A stretch of 64,000 nucleotides of DNA from Octopus vulgaris (lineage: Eukaryota), in NCBI GenBank assembly GCA_951406725.2, contig OX597832.1:28210001-28274000 (forward strand), in the 5' to 3' direction. A program made the position numbers and the translations under genes. The notes beneath the pieces were generated by a model, which saw nothing but the letters and a program-made list of their open reading frames with translations, ran no database searches and was not told the DNA's origin. Positions 26,617 through 37,583 of the stretch are shown here, piece after piece; position 1 is the first letter of the stretch, and every line of letters starts with the position of its first letter.

Positions 26617-26960
26617 CATCATCATTGTTCAACCGTGGTCGAGACAATGGAATTTACCATGCTACGCCAGACTTCACGGTCCATCATAGCATTACGGAGG
26701 TCCAGTTGCTGGATACCTGTATCCCTGGAGATTACATCAGGGTAGGAGAGTGTGCGCCCTCTGGTATTGCGAGCAGATGGCTTCCAGAGGAGAAGAGTAG
26801 AAATTGCCTCATTTTCAGCTCCACAACAATGTCCAGCAAACTGGACTCTCCTACCTTTCACAAGAGATGACACAGGTGGTAGTTTCCCATATATTTGCAT
26901 TTTGGTTGGATGGCGCTTCCACGAGAGATGTTGAGCTCTCATAAGTGTGGTCACTGAACC
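26617..26960 (-). mobile_element. RTE-clade LINE 3' fragment
   Basis: ORF ...SWKRHPTKMQIYGKLP...RRVQFAGHC...LLLWKP...RGR...YPD...MMDREVWR* resembles the post-RT C-terminus of RTE elements. Short (TGA)n tail. Confidence 0.8.
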
Positions 26961-27194
26961 TTAATGACTCTGCAAATAATACAAGAATCAGCTGCAAAAT
27001 GTTGTCTAAATAAAAATCTTTGGAACTCACTACTTTCTCAGCAATAAGTGATTTAGACATCAGTCATCAATCATCATTCAAATAAAAATGGGAAAAATGA
27101 AGCCTTAAATATTTTGCTTCATATTCTGATATTTTGGTTTTTAAAGTCCTTAACAAGAGAAAATGGACACTGGCCATGTTACAGCAAAACTGAC

Positions 27195-27305
27195 CTTTAA
27201 GTGGGTGGTTTTCCTCAGTCCTTCCGGTTGTTTGTGTGTGTTTCCTGGCCATACAATGTTAATGTTTTCTGCCATGGCCAAAGGATTCTCTCCAGGTTGG
27301 GGTTT
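27195..27305 (-). CDS. GRIN1: GluN1 coding exon 7 (ATD-S1 linker)
   Basis: ttctacag|KPQPGENPLAMAENINIVWPGNTHKQPEGLRKTTHLK|gtcagt. 111 nt, contains the IxWPG motif. Confidence 0.9.
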
Positions 27306-27665
27306 CTGTAGAATACAAAGGAAGAATATGGTAAACTAAAGGATCAGACCGGAACAAAAACAGATATTTCATAAAGAGAAGTAATTGGGTGTGGTCACTA
27401 ACAGAGAGACTAGAATCAATTAAGTGTGACAATCTCACCTGGCCCACCACAAAAAGCAAAAACAAAGCAAAGGAATGGTTGATAATTTTCAACATGAATT
27501 GTAAACAAGAGTGGCTGTGTGGTAAGTTGCTTGCTTGCAAACCACATGGTTCCCTGTTCAGTCCCACTGCGTGGCACCTTGGGCAAGTGTCTTCTACTAT
27601 AGCCTCAGGCCAACTGAAGCCTTGTGAGTGGATTTGGTAGAGGGAAACTGAAAGAAGCCCGTCAT

Positions 27666-27715
<50 letters not shown>

Positions 27716-27936
27716 GTATATATATATGTATGTGTGTGTGTGTGTGTGTGTGTATGTTTGTGCGTCAGCTGGGATTTATTGAGGAAGATTTCTATGGCTG
27801 GATGCCTTCCCTGTCATCAAGCCTCACCTGTTTTTAATTAAGGTAACATTTCCCCATGCCTAGACATGTTTTTCACAAAAGACTGGAAATAAACAGCATC
27901 AAAATTGCCTGCCCTGTGCCAAATTTAGAAATAATG

Positions 27937-27989
<53 letters not shown>

Positions 27990-28010
27990 CATCATCATTA
28001 TCACCACTAC

Positions 28011-28042
<32 letters not shown>

Positions 28043-28068
28043 CTATTGCCAAAAACCCAATACCTTTT

Positions 28069-28137
<69 letters not shown>

Positions 28138-28183
28138 GACCGCTCACTAAACTTCTTTGGCTCCAAGAATGTTGACCACTGAC

Positions 28184-28328
28184 CTTTATACTGCCATAAA
28201 TACCAACAGCCACTGTCCTTGTTTGTTGTACATTCATAATGTTGTAGACTGGATTTTTCCTGTCACCATCCAGATTAAAACTCACTTGTCCTGTGACGCC
28301 ATCTTCAAGGTAACCAGTTTTTAGGTAT
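28184..28328 (-). CDS. GRIN1: GluN1 coding exon 6
   Basis: tcttgtag|A+YLKTGYLEDGVTGQVSFNLDGDRKNPVYNIMNVQQTRTVAVGIYGSIK|gtcagt. 145 nt, contains the GVTGxVxFNxDGDR motif. Confidence 0.95.
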
Positions 28329-28448
28329 CTACAAGACAGCAAGCAGAAATGTCCAATATTCAGTCATATACATCAACGGACACACAAACACACACACACT
28401 AGTATAGTAAATACATGAACAGCTGAGAGCATGCACTAGTAAGATGGT

Positions 28449-28498
<50 letters not shown>

Positions 28499-29435
28499 TG
28501 TGTGTATGTATGTATGTATATATATATATATATAAGAGCATTCCACTGGTTATGATGACGAGGGTCCCAGCGGATCCAATCAATGGAACAGCCTGCTCGT
28601 GAAATTAACATGCAAGTGGCTGAGTACTCCACAGACATGCGTAAACCCTTAACGTAGTTCTCAGGGAGATTCAGCATGATACAGAGAGTGACAAGGCTGA
28701 CCCCTTCAAAATACAGGTTCAACTCATTTTTGCCATCTGAGTTGACTGAAGCAAAGTGAAATAAAGTGTCTTGCTCAAGGAAACAACGCGTCACTGGGAA
28801 TTGAACTCACGACCTTATGATCGCGAGCCGAATACCCCAACCGCTAAGCCACACGGCTTCTCATATATATATGTACACACATACATATATACATACACGC
28901 ATCATCTTCATCATCATCATCATCTTCATCATCATCATCATCGTCTTCCTCATTATCATAACGATCTTTTAATATCCGTGTTCATTACTGAGTTGGCTGG
29001 TTTGCCAAGATCCAGTGAGATGGAGGGTTGTGTTTCACTGCAATGTTTGCTTTGGTATGGTTCCCACAGCTGGATGCCCCTTTCTTATGCCGACCACATT
29101 ACAGGGTGCACTGGGTGCTCTCTTCATGGTGCCAGTTACTAGTGAGGTCACCATATAACTGGCAAGAATATGATACCCTTTCAAATGAGTGGGGGCTATA
29201 TATATATATATATATATATGATAATAATAAGAGTAAATAATTTCTGCAATGGTTTTTCAAAAAAACAACAATTATTTACTGGTAGATTTCGGCATGTAAA
29301 TATAACCATTAACGGTAGGAACTTCTATAAAGTTCAGTATATATATATTGTATATAAATAGAAGGGGCAGGCAACAGGTTGCTTAGCCGCATACCGAAAA
29401 AGTTAGAAATAGCAGTCGGAGACTGTTTATTTCTA

Positions 29436-29537
29436 TTTTCTACAAGTGGGACTCCACATACGACATATCCTTGTAATTCACATATGCATATGTGAATTAC
29501 AAGGATATGTCGTACGTGGAGTCCCACTTGTAGAAAA
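29436..29537. repeat. 102-bp near-perfect palindrome
   Basis: 51-nt arms centred at 29486/29487, one non-Watson-Crick pair (29458/29515). Confidence 0.97.
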
Positions 29538-29557
29538 AATATATATATATATATATA

Positions 29558-29972
29558 GGCGCAGGAGTGGCTGTGTGGTAAGTAGCTTGCTAACCAACCA
29601 CATGGTTCCGGGTTCAGCCCCACTGCGTGGCATCTTGGGCAAGTGTCTTCTGCTATAGCCCCGGGCCGACTAATGCCTTGTGAGTGGATTTGGTAGACGG
29701 AAACTGAAAGAAGTCTGTTGTATATATGTATATATATATGTGTGTGTGTGTGTGTATGTGTTTGTGTGTCTGTGTCTGTCCCTCTAGCATTGCTTGACAA
29801 CTGATGCTGGTGTGTTTACGTTCCCGTAACTTAGCAGTTCGGCAAAAGAGACTGATAGAATAAGTACTGGGCTTACAAAAAGAATAAGTCCCGGGGTCGA
29901 TTTGCTCGACTAAAGGCGGTGCTCCAGCATGGCCACAGTCAAATGACTGAAACAAGTAAAAGAGTAAAAAAG
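29558..29972 (+). mobile_element. tRNA-derived SINE, family A, full length
   Basis: ggcgcaggagtggctgtgtggtaag head through the ...gactgaaacaagtaaaagagtaaaa tail. Confidence 0.85.
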
Positions 29973-29996
29973 AGAGAATATACACACACACACTCG

Positions 29997-30080
<84 letters not shown>

Positions 30081-30230
30081 TTGTTTTTTGTCAAAAGGAT
30101 TAAATAGTAGAAGCTTTGAGTAGTTATGGAATCCTCAGTTTTGAAGGAATAAAAAAAAAGATATATTCACAGAGACGGCTTAAGCATCAACAACAACAAC
30201 AATAAAAACAAGGAAGGTTCCGGTACTCAC

Positions 30231-30405
30231 TGTAGAATGGTCTTCCCTTCATACCACGGCATATTGATTTCAGTGCATTGGCTAAGGGGTTCCGAGATGT
30301 TCATCTCTTTACGAAGACGAACGAATGCTTGTGAAATTAATGAAATACTGTCTTGAATATGTGCTGCTTCGTTAGTGCCGTTAATTAATTGAGTACCTAA
30401 TGTGC
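30231..30405 (-). CDS. GRIN1: GluN1 coding exon 5
   Basis: tgttccag|(G)TLGTQLINGTNEAAHIQDSISLISQAFVRLRKEMNISEPLSQCTEINMPWYEGKTIL+CA|gtgagt. 175 nt. Confidence 0.93.
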
Positions 30406-30719
30406 CTGGAACAGGGAAAAATATAAGGGTGATAAGGATGGTGGTGATGAAGGTAGAGCAGTGGTGGTGGTGGTGGTGGTGGTGATAAAAAGGGAGGAGA
30501 GTGAGACAAATTGTGATGATAGGTGGTAGTCATAATGGTCGTGGTAGGAACGGAGATATATTATTTAGGACACCATACTACATCTCATACAACATTTCTG
30601 TGTCATCATACTACAACCAATACAACCCAACCTGACTGCTTTCACACTACAGCCCATACAACATTTCAATAAACCACACTGTTGCTTGATTGTTGTTGCT
30701 GCTGCTGCTGTTGCTGTTG

Positions 30720-31091
30720 AGCGAACGGTCTTCTTCCCAGAATTTGCAAGATGGGAGAAGTCCGAACCGTGGTCCTTTGCTATTCGTAAGACCCGCAGAA
30801 GAGAAAGCAGGTCAACCCCCCACCCCGACACCGAGAGCATCGACGGATGGATGAATGCGCATCCAGGCTCAGCGGTTGCGTAGGAAGTCGGGGACGAGAA
30901 ACAGGAAGAAAGAGTGAGAGAAAGTTGGAGCGAAAGAGTACAACAGGGGTCACCACCACCCCCTGCTGGAGCCTCGTGGAGCTTTAGGTGTTTTCGTTCA
31001 ATAAACACACACAACGCCCGGTCTGGGAATCGAAACCGCAATCCTCCGACCACGAATCCGCTACCCTAACCATTGGACCATTGCGCCTCCA
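30720..31091 (-). mobile_element. Family C SINE head with a different GC-rich 3' half
   Basis: 30895-31091 matches the family C head. 30720-30895 differs from the other C bodies. Confidence 0.7.
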
Positions 31092-31377
31092 CTGCTGCTG
31101 CTGTTGATCATCATCATCATTGTTTAACGTCCACTTTCCATGCTGGCATGGGTTGGACAGTTTGACAGGAGCTGGTCGGGCAAATGACTGCACCAGGCTT
31201 CAGTGTCTGTTTTGGCAGGGATTTTACAATTTCAGGGGAGCGGATAAGTTCTATCAACCTCAGTACTCAACTGGTATTTATTCTAAAGACCCCAAAAGGC
31301 AAATTCGACCTTGGCAGAATTTGAACACAGAATGCCAGCTCGGCACCTTAAAGTTACTTATGAGATACTGTTGGAAT

Positions 31378-31712
31378 GTGGAGGTGCAATGGCCCAGTGG
31401 TTAGGGCAGCGGTTGTACGATCACGGTTTCAATTCCCAGACTGGGCGTTGTGAGTGTTTATTGAGCGAAAACACCTAAAGCTCCACGAGGCTCCGGCAGG
31501 GGGTGGTGGCGACCCCTGTTGTACTCTTTCACCACAACCTTCTCTCACTATTTCTTCTTGTTTCTGTGGTACCTGTATTTCAAAGGGCCAGCCTTGTCAC
31601 ACTCTGTGTCACGCTGAATCTTCTCGAGAACTACGTTAAGGGTACACGTGTCTGTGGAGTACTCAGCCACTTGCACGTTCATTTCACGAGCAAGCTGTTC
31701 TGTTGATCTGTA
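31378..31712 (+). mobile_element. tRNA-derived SINE, family C
   Basis: Same head and body as 23730-24115, opposite strand. Confidence 0.8.
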
Positions 31713-31817
31713 ATCATAGACGGAGTTGACCAGACAGAAAACAACAACCATGTCCACATGTTCTCTCCATGTTGTCCACATGTTTCAAGAGATATTCAAG
31801 TCAAGCGTGTCACTTAC

Positions 31818-31930
31818 CTACAGGAATATTTGAAGCTTGTAATGACTGTTCTGTCACTAACCAAGCGTAGCCAGTTGATGTTAATTCCAGATCTCCAGCA
31901 TCGGTAAATATTCGCTCAGAATCTTCTTTT
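31818..31930 (-). CDS. GRIN1: GluN1 coding exon 4
   Basis: acttccag|A+KEDSERIFTDAGDLELTSTGYAWLVTEQSLQASNIPV+G|gtaagt. 113 nt. Confidence 0.93.
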
Positions 31931-32074
31931 CTGGAAGTAAAGACGAAACCGTTTTGTAGAAAAAACAATCAATATTACAGGTTCCTGAAGGAAACATCAA
32001 AGGGAAAATGAGTAACAGAATCGGAGGAAACAGGTGAGGTTAGGAAAAAATGCTTTGAAGACAATTATATATAT

Positions 32075-32119
32075 ACGGTCTGATGATGGCGTGGCTGGTC
32101 GAAACTGCGAAGTCACAGT
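32075..32119 (+). ncRNA. Minimal type I hammerhead ribozyme motif (Penelope-type)
   Basis: acggt-CTGATGA-t-ggc/gtc-GAAA-ct(gcga)ag-TC-acagt. Confidence 0.6.
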
Positions 32120-32272
32120 CAACAAAATTCTTGTCTAAGGATAATAAATTTGTACTCACAAAAGTACTGAGTAATCTATCAGATTAATGTAAAATTATTT
32201 TGGGGCAACCCTGCCCCCCACCAAAAAAAACCCCATCCTGAAAATAAAATCAGACATTAATATGTATATATA

Positions 32273-32785
32273 TCTATATATATAAAACTGTAGTTGTGTG
32301 AGTGTCTGTCTCCTACGATTTAGATTCCTAACTCCTCCCACATTTTGCGGTGCAGTTTAACCAAATTCGGGTATCTTATAGTCGTGATTCATATCGAGCC
32401 CGTCTGGGTATTAGCGCACGTCTACGATGAGTCTACGATTTTAAAAATAATTTAACATAATTTTTTATTCCATTTTAATGCATAATTTTTCGTGTGTCGA
32501 TGGCGGCGGAGTTGGCGTTCATGGTCACACCTGCACCTGTGTTGCTTTTCCCCCTTCTTCCCTCCTCGTGAAGCTGTGGGGAAGGGAGTGTAAAGAAATC
32601 AACGTCGTAATGCGTTGTCAAGGAGACCAGCGTTCTTTTAGAACAACGACTTCATGGCTTGAAGACACCAAAACAGAAATGGCTAAGAAAGCCCGAATTG
32701 GCATCTATAAGGGAAGTAACTCTCTAAAAATGCTTATATAGTTATTTCCCTTACAAACCCGAAGCAACGCCGGGCGATACTGCTA

Positions 32786-32786
<1 letters not shown>
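32273..32786 (+). mobile_element. Non-autonomous Helitron
   Basis: A|TCTATATATATAAAA ... cccgaagcaacgccggg hairpin, then cgatactgCTAG|T. No TSD, AT target. Confidence 0.85.
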
Positions 32787-32825
<39 letters not shown>

Positions 32826-33490
32826 GTTTATATATTTGAAGCTTGTAGTATATTTTTTTTGGGCATGGCTGTGTGGTTAGGGAGCTTGCTTCCTAGCTAC
32901 ATGGTTTCGGGTTCAGTCCCACCGCATGGCACTTTGGGCAAGTGTCTCCTGCTATAGCCCCGAGTTGACCGAAGCTTTGTGATTGAATTCAGTAGGCGGG
33001 AGTTACTGCCGTGTGTGTATGTGTGCGTATAGCTGCTCAGTGCCTCTCCGAAAGAGAGAGAGAGAGGGATATATTTTTATTGGCTAAACTGGCAAAATGA
33101 CCATTCCGAAATATAACAATATATATATATATATATAAGTGAGGTTGTTGCCAGTGCCGCTAGACTGGCTTCTGTGCAGGTGGCATGTAAAAAATACCAT
33201 TTGAGCGTGGCTGTCGCCAGTACTGCATGACTGGCCCTCGTGCCAGTGGCACATAAAAAGCACCTACTACACTCTCAGAGTGGTTGGCACTAGGAAGGGT
33301 ATCCAGCTGTAGAAACTCTGCCAGATCAGATTGGAGCCTGGTGCAGCCATCTGGTTTGCCAGTCCTCAGTCAAACCATCCAACCCATGCTAGCATGGAAA
33401 GCGGACGTTAAACGATGATGATGATGATGATATATATATATATATATGATAATAATCATCATCATCATTTAATGTCTGCTTTCCATGCTG

Positions 33491-33644
33491 GCATGCTCTT
33501 AGCTATTCATGTATTTACTATACTAATGTGCACGTGTATGTGTGTGTGTGCATGTGTGTGCACATGCATGCATGTCCGCTGATGTATATGGCTGAATATT
33601 GACTATTTTTGCTTGCTGTCTTGTAGATACCTAAAAACTGGTTA
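33491..33644 (+). repeat. Inverted duplicate of the intron-5/exon-6 junction (28311-28434)
   Basis: 35-nt perfect reverse complement spanning the acceptor AG, plus further high-identity intronic match. Confidence 0.95.
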
Positions 33645-34015
33645 GATAAGTTAAGTTAAGTTAATTTTTTGGCTCAAAAAGCAAAAAGCAAGGCCATGTA
33701 GGGGGACATGGAGTTATGTACAGGGAGGGTGTTCATGCAAAGAGTTCAGGCCATTTCTGGTCAAGAGAGACTTTGAACCGAGCGGTCGTCGGCATCTTCA
33801 CTATCTCGTCCGGCAGCTTATTCCACGGATCCGCAACCTGGACGGAGAAAGCCCCCTCTCCTTCGATTGAGATGAAATCGTCGCAGATAGAGCTTTTCGG
33901 AGTGACCCCGCAGCCTATGCTCTGGAGCAGGAGTGAAGAACAGCTCTTTCGAGTGGTTATACTTTCCGCTTATGATGTTGTGGGCAAGAATGAGATCACC
34001 ACGGCGGTGTCGGTT
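33645..34015 (-). mobile_element. CR1-clade LINE 3' fragment
   Basis: RRGDLILAHNIISG...RLRGHSEKL...RR, frameshift, then FSVQVADPWNKLPDEIV...RFKVSLD*. (TTAAC)n tail. Confidence 0.85.
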
Positions 34016-34561
34016 TGACGAGAGCTGCAGAAGAGCTGCACCAGGTTCCAGTTTGGTTTGGTTTCTATAACTGGATGCTCTTCTTAATGCTAACTGCTCC
34101 AAGAGTGTAGTGGGTGCTTTTTATGCACCACTGGCACAGGTGCCATTCGCATAACACTGGCAACGGCCACAACTACGATTTCACTTCGCTTGATGAGTCT
34201 TCTCAAGTAGTTAATATTGTTGATATTAATATTCAAACTCTACAACGCATGTTGGGAGCTCTTACCTTCCATCTGTAAACCTATCTCTCTGAGTGTATAT
34301 ATGTGTGTACATGCACGAGCAGTGCTGTATGGGTATAACTTTCTGTCATACCAAGTTACTCATCAGAATCTGGTGAATGCCTTGGCATGAAATGAAACTC
34401 ATGGTCACTGAGCCACTGCTGTTACAGTCTCAAGTAATAAAAGATTGCATATACTCTACTTCATGTATTGAGTTCACCTTCCATTTATAAAAACAAACAG
34501 TCAAGTATGTGATATCCTTATACAGTCTTGTATGTGATATCTTTAGATATCTGATACTTAC

Positions 34562-34662
34562 AAAGCATACAGTAATATCACTCGTGATTGCAAGGTTTTC
34601 AGGGATACCAGAGAATCTGTGTAGTTTTCCACTCCTGGAAAGATCCGAATGGTTTTCTCAAT
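34562..34662 (-). CDS. GRIN1: GluN1 coding exon 3
   Basis: tctgttag|IEKTIRIFPGVENYTDSLVSLKTLQSRVILLYA+TT|gtaagt. 101 nt, phase 0 to 2. Confidence 0.92.
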
Positions 34663-34760
34663 CTAACAGAAGACAGAACGGAAAAAACAAATGATTACAT
34701 TAATATTAAACCAGAACATTAAGCATTTTACAATATTAATATTAATAGGCACAGGAGTGG

Positions 34761-34799
<39 letters not shown>

Positions 34800-34800
<1 letters not shown>

Positions 34801-35200
34801 ACTCTTTTTTACTCTTTTACTTGTTTCAGTCATTTGACTGCGGCCATGCTGGAGCACCGCCTTTAATCGAGCAACTCGACCCCATGGACTTATTCTTTGT
34901 AAGCCCAGTACTTATTCTATCGGTCTCTTTTGCTGAACCGCTAAGTAACAGGGACATAAACACACCAGCATCGGTTGTCAAGCAATGCTAGGGGGACAAA
35001 CACAGACACACAAACACATACATATATATACATATATACGACAGGCTTCTTTCAGTTTCCGTCTACCAAATCCACTCACAAGGCTTTGGTCGGCCTGAGG
35101 CTATAATAGAAGACACTTGCCTAAGGTGCCATGCAGTGGGACTGAACCCCAAACCATGTGGTTGGTAAACAAGCTACTTACCACACAGCCACTCCTGTGC
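34800..35200 (-). mobile_element. tRNA-derived SINE, family A, full length
   Basis: Reverse complement of the 29558-29972 copy. Confidence 0.85.
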
Positions 35201-35523
35201 ATATATATATATATATAAGAGGTAATGGTGTCATTGAGACCCAAAGGTGTCAGGTAATGCTGAAGAAGTGCTATAGACAGACCATAGTTCAGTTCCAGAT
35301 TCGGTAATATTGCGAATAAAGGGTTCAATCCTGGTTCCATGTCAGCGTGTGTATATAAGAATTTTTTGCGTAATAATAATAATATTAACAACAAGAACAA
35401 CAACAACAATAATAATAATAAAAATAAACTTCCAGCATGAACTTCCAACTTGTTGTCTTTTGAGGTCTCTGGGTGAGACTTGGAGCCAACTTGTACAAAT
35501 GTAAAGCAAAAGTCAAACATAAG

Positions 35524-35569
<46 letters not shown>

Positions 35570-36772
35570 TGATGATGTTTGCAAATTTTGGCACAAGGCC
35601 AGCAATTTTGGGGAGGGGTAAGTCGATTACATTAACCCCAATACTCCACTGGTACTTATTTCATTGATCCACTGAAAGGATGAAAGGCAAAGTTAACCTC
35701 AGTGGAATTTGAACTCAGAATATAAAGTGGTTGAGTGCTAGTAAGCATCTCTCTCCTGCCTCTCTCTCTACCTTTTTTTGACCTCATCATCAGAACATCA
35801 CCTCTCTGCTAAAATTATATTTTAAACTCTTCTCCTCTACCTTCAACTAACTTTTTTGATCACATAATAAATATTACATTCTCTCTACCTCATGTCATGG
35901 ACGCTTCTCTCTCCCTCTTTTTCATTCTCCCTCTCTCTTCACCTTTTCCTCTCTCCTTTTTCTTTCCCCTCTCTTCCCCATGATCTAATCACATGACAGC
36001 ATTACAATTATATTCCTTCTACCTCATGTCATAGACACTTCTCTCTTCCTCTTTGCTTTCTCCCTCTTTTTCTCTAATCAAATAAAAGCATTATCAATTG
36101 GGCCAAGTAATGCAATGACAAAAAGAATTATTATAATTGTAATTCCACCAAATTCCAAATTTGGTCGTAAACCTCGATATTCTGGTTTCAAATTCCTCAT
36201 TACCTACATTAAATTTTACTTCATTATGGAATTTATACAACTCATCAACCAATTTCACCATCGTTATCACATTAATTATTCTCTCTCTTTCACATCACCA
36301 GCCTTACATTCTTTTTATTCCTCCTCTTCTACCTCTTCAATATATTTCTTCCCTCTTCTTCTCTCTCCTCCACTCATTACCATCTTACTCCCACTCTCCT
36401 CTCCTCCCTCTTCCTCTTCTGCTATCATACCATAGAACACAACCTCCCCTCGCCCATCTCTCCAGAATCTCCAGACCCAACCATCCCCCATTTCCTTTCA
36501 CTGCTAGGAACTCATTTTTCTAAACTAAAACACAAACATGAGTTAAGCACTTATCTTCCAGAAGGTGCCCAGGTAACATTTCAAAATTTATGTGAACTCA
36601 TTTTGTAAACATCTGCAGCAGTGATGGTGCCGAAATCTCTGAGAGTGGAGAGAAAAGTTGTTTCATCCAAACAGTTCATGTTTCTTGGTTACTGAAGAAT
36701 TTGGTGAAACTGGAGACTTAGTGGAAGCATTAATGGCATTAAAGAATTTTATCTAAACAATACTAAACTGCA

Positions 36773-37212
36773 CTAAGGCGGAAAAGCTGGTAGAATTGTT
36801 AGCACGGTGGGTGAAATGCTTAGCGGTATTTCATCTGTCTTTATAATTCTGAGTTCAAATTCCGCCAAGGTCAACTTTGCCTTTCATCCTTTCGGGGTTG
36901 ATAAATTAAGTACCAGTTATGCACTGGGGTCGATGTAATCGACTTTATCCATTTGTCTGTCCTTGTTTGTCCCCTCTATGTTTAGCCCCTTGTGGGCAAT
37001 AAAGAAATAAGAATCGTTAGCACACTGGGCGAAATGCTTAGCAGTATTTCGTCTGTCTTTACATTCTGAGTTCAAATTCCACTGAGGTCAACTTAGCCTT
37101 TCATCCTTTCAGAGTTGATAAATTGAGTACCAGTTGCATACTGGTGTCAATTTAATCGACTGGCCCCCTCCCACCAAAAAAAATTTCGGGCCTTGTGCCT
37201 CGAGTAGAAAAG
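36773..37212 (+). mobile_element. Nested or tandem pair of family B SINEs inside one TSD
   Basis: aatactaaactgca at 36759-36772 and 37213-37226, with two B bodies between. Confidence 0.75.
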
Positions 37213-37542
37213 AATACTAAACTGCATTATCAACATTACAGAATTTATATATTCTTACTAACATCTTTGAGTGAGTCCATCTCTGCCCACATGCCTGCCT
37301 ACCTGCCTACCTGTCTGTCTGTCCGTCTGCCTGCCTATCTGTTGTTTTTGTATTTGTTTTTGCTAGATTCTTGAAGTGAAATTGTATGGTGGAACAAACA
37401 TTGTTATTTGCTTGTGTGCACATGTGTGCATGTGTATGCAAGGTCATTCTGTCAACAAAATCACACATGCTAGTTACAGCAAAAAAAAAAAAAAGGTCCG
37501 GGGTGGGACGCAAGTTCTAATTCTTATATCTGTGTAAATCTC

Positions 37543-37583
<41 letters not shown>

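Noticed and set aside
34260-34440. Cryptic exon ending at the strong donor AAG|GTAAGA (34265)
   Set aside because: No convincing acceptor or GluN1-like peptide. Exons 3 and 4 join in frame without it.
35420-35500. Possible N1-like cassette (GSKSHPETSKDNKLEVHAG)
   Set aside because: Weak AAG acceptor, no credible donor, and no similarity to known cassettes.
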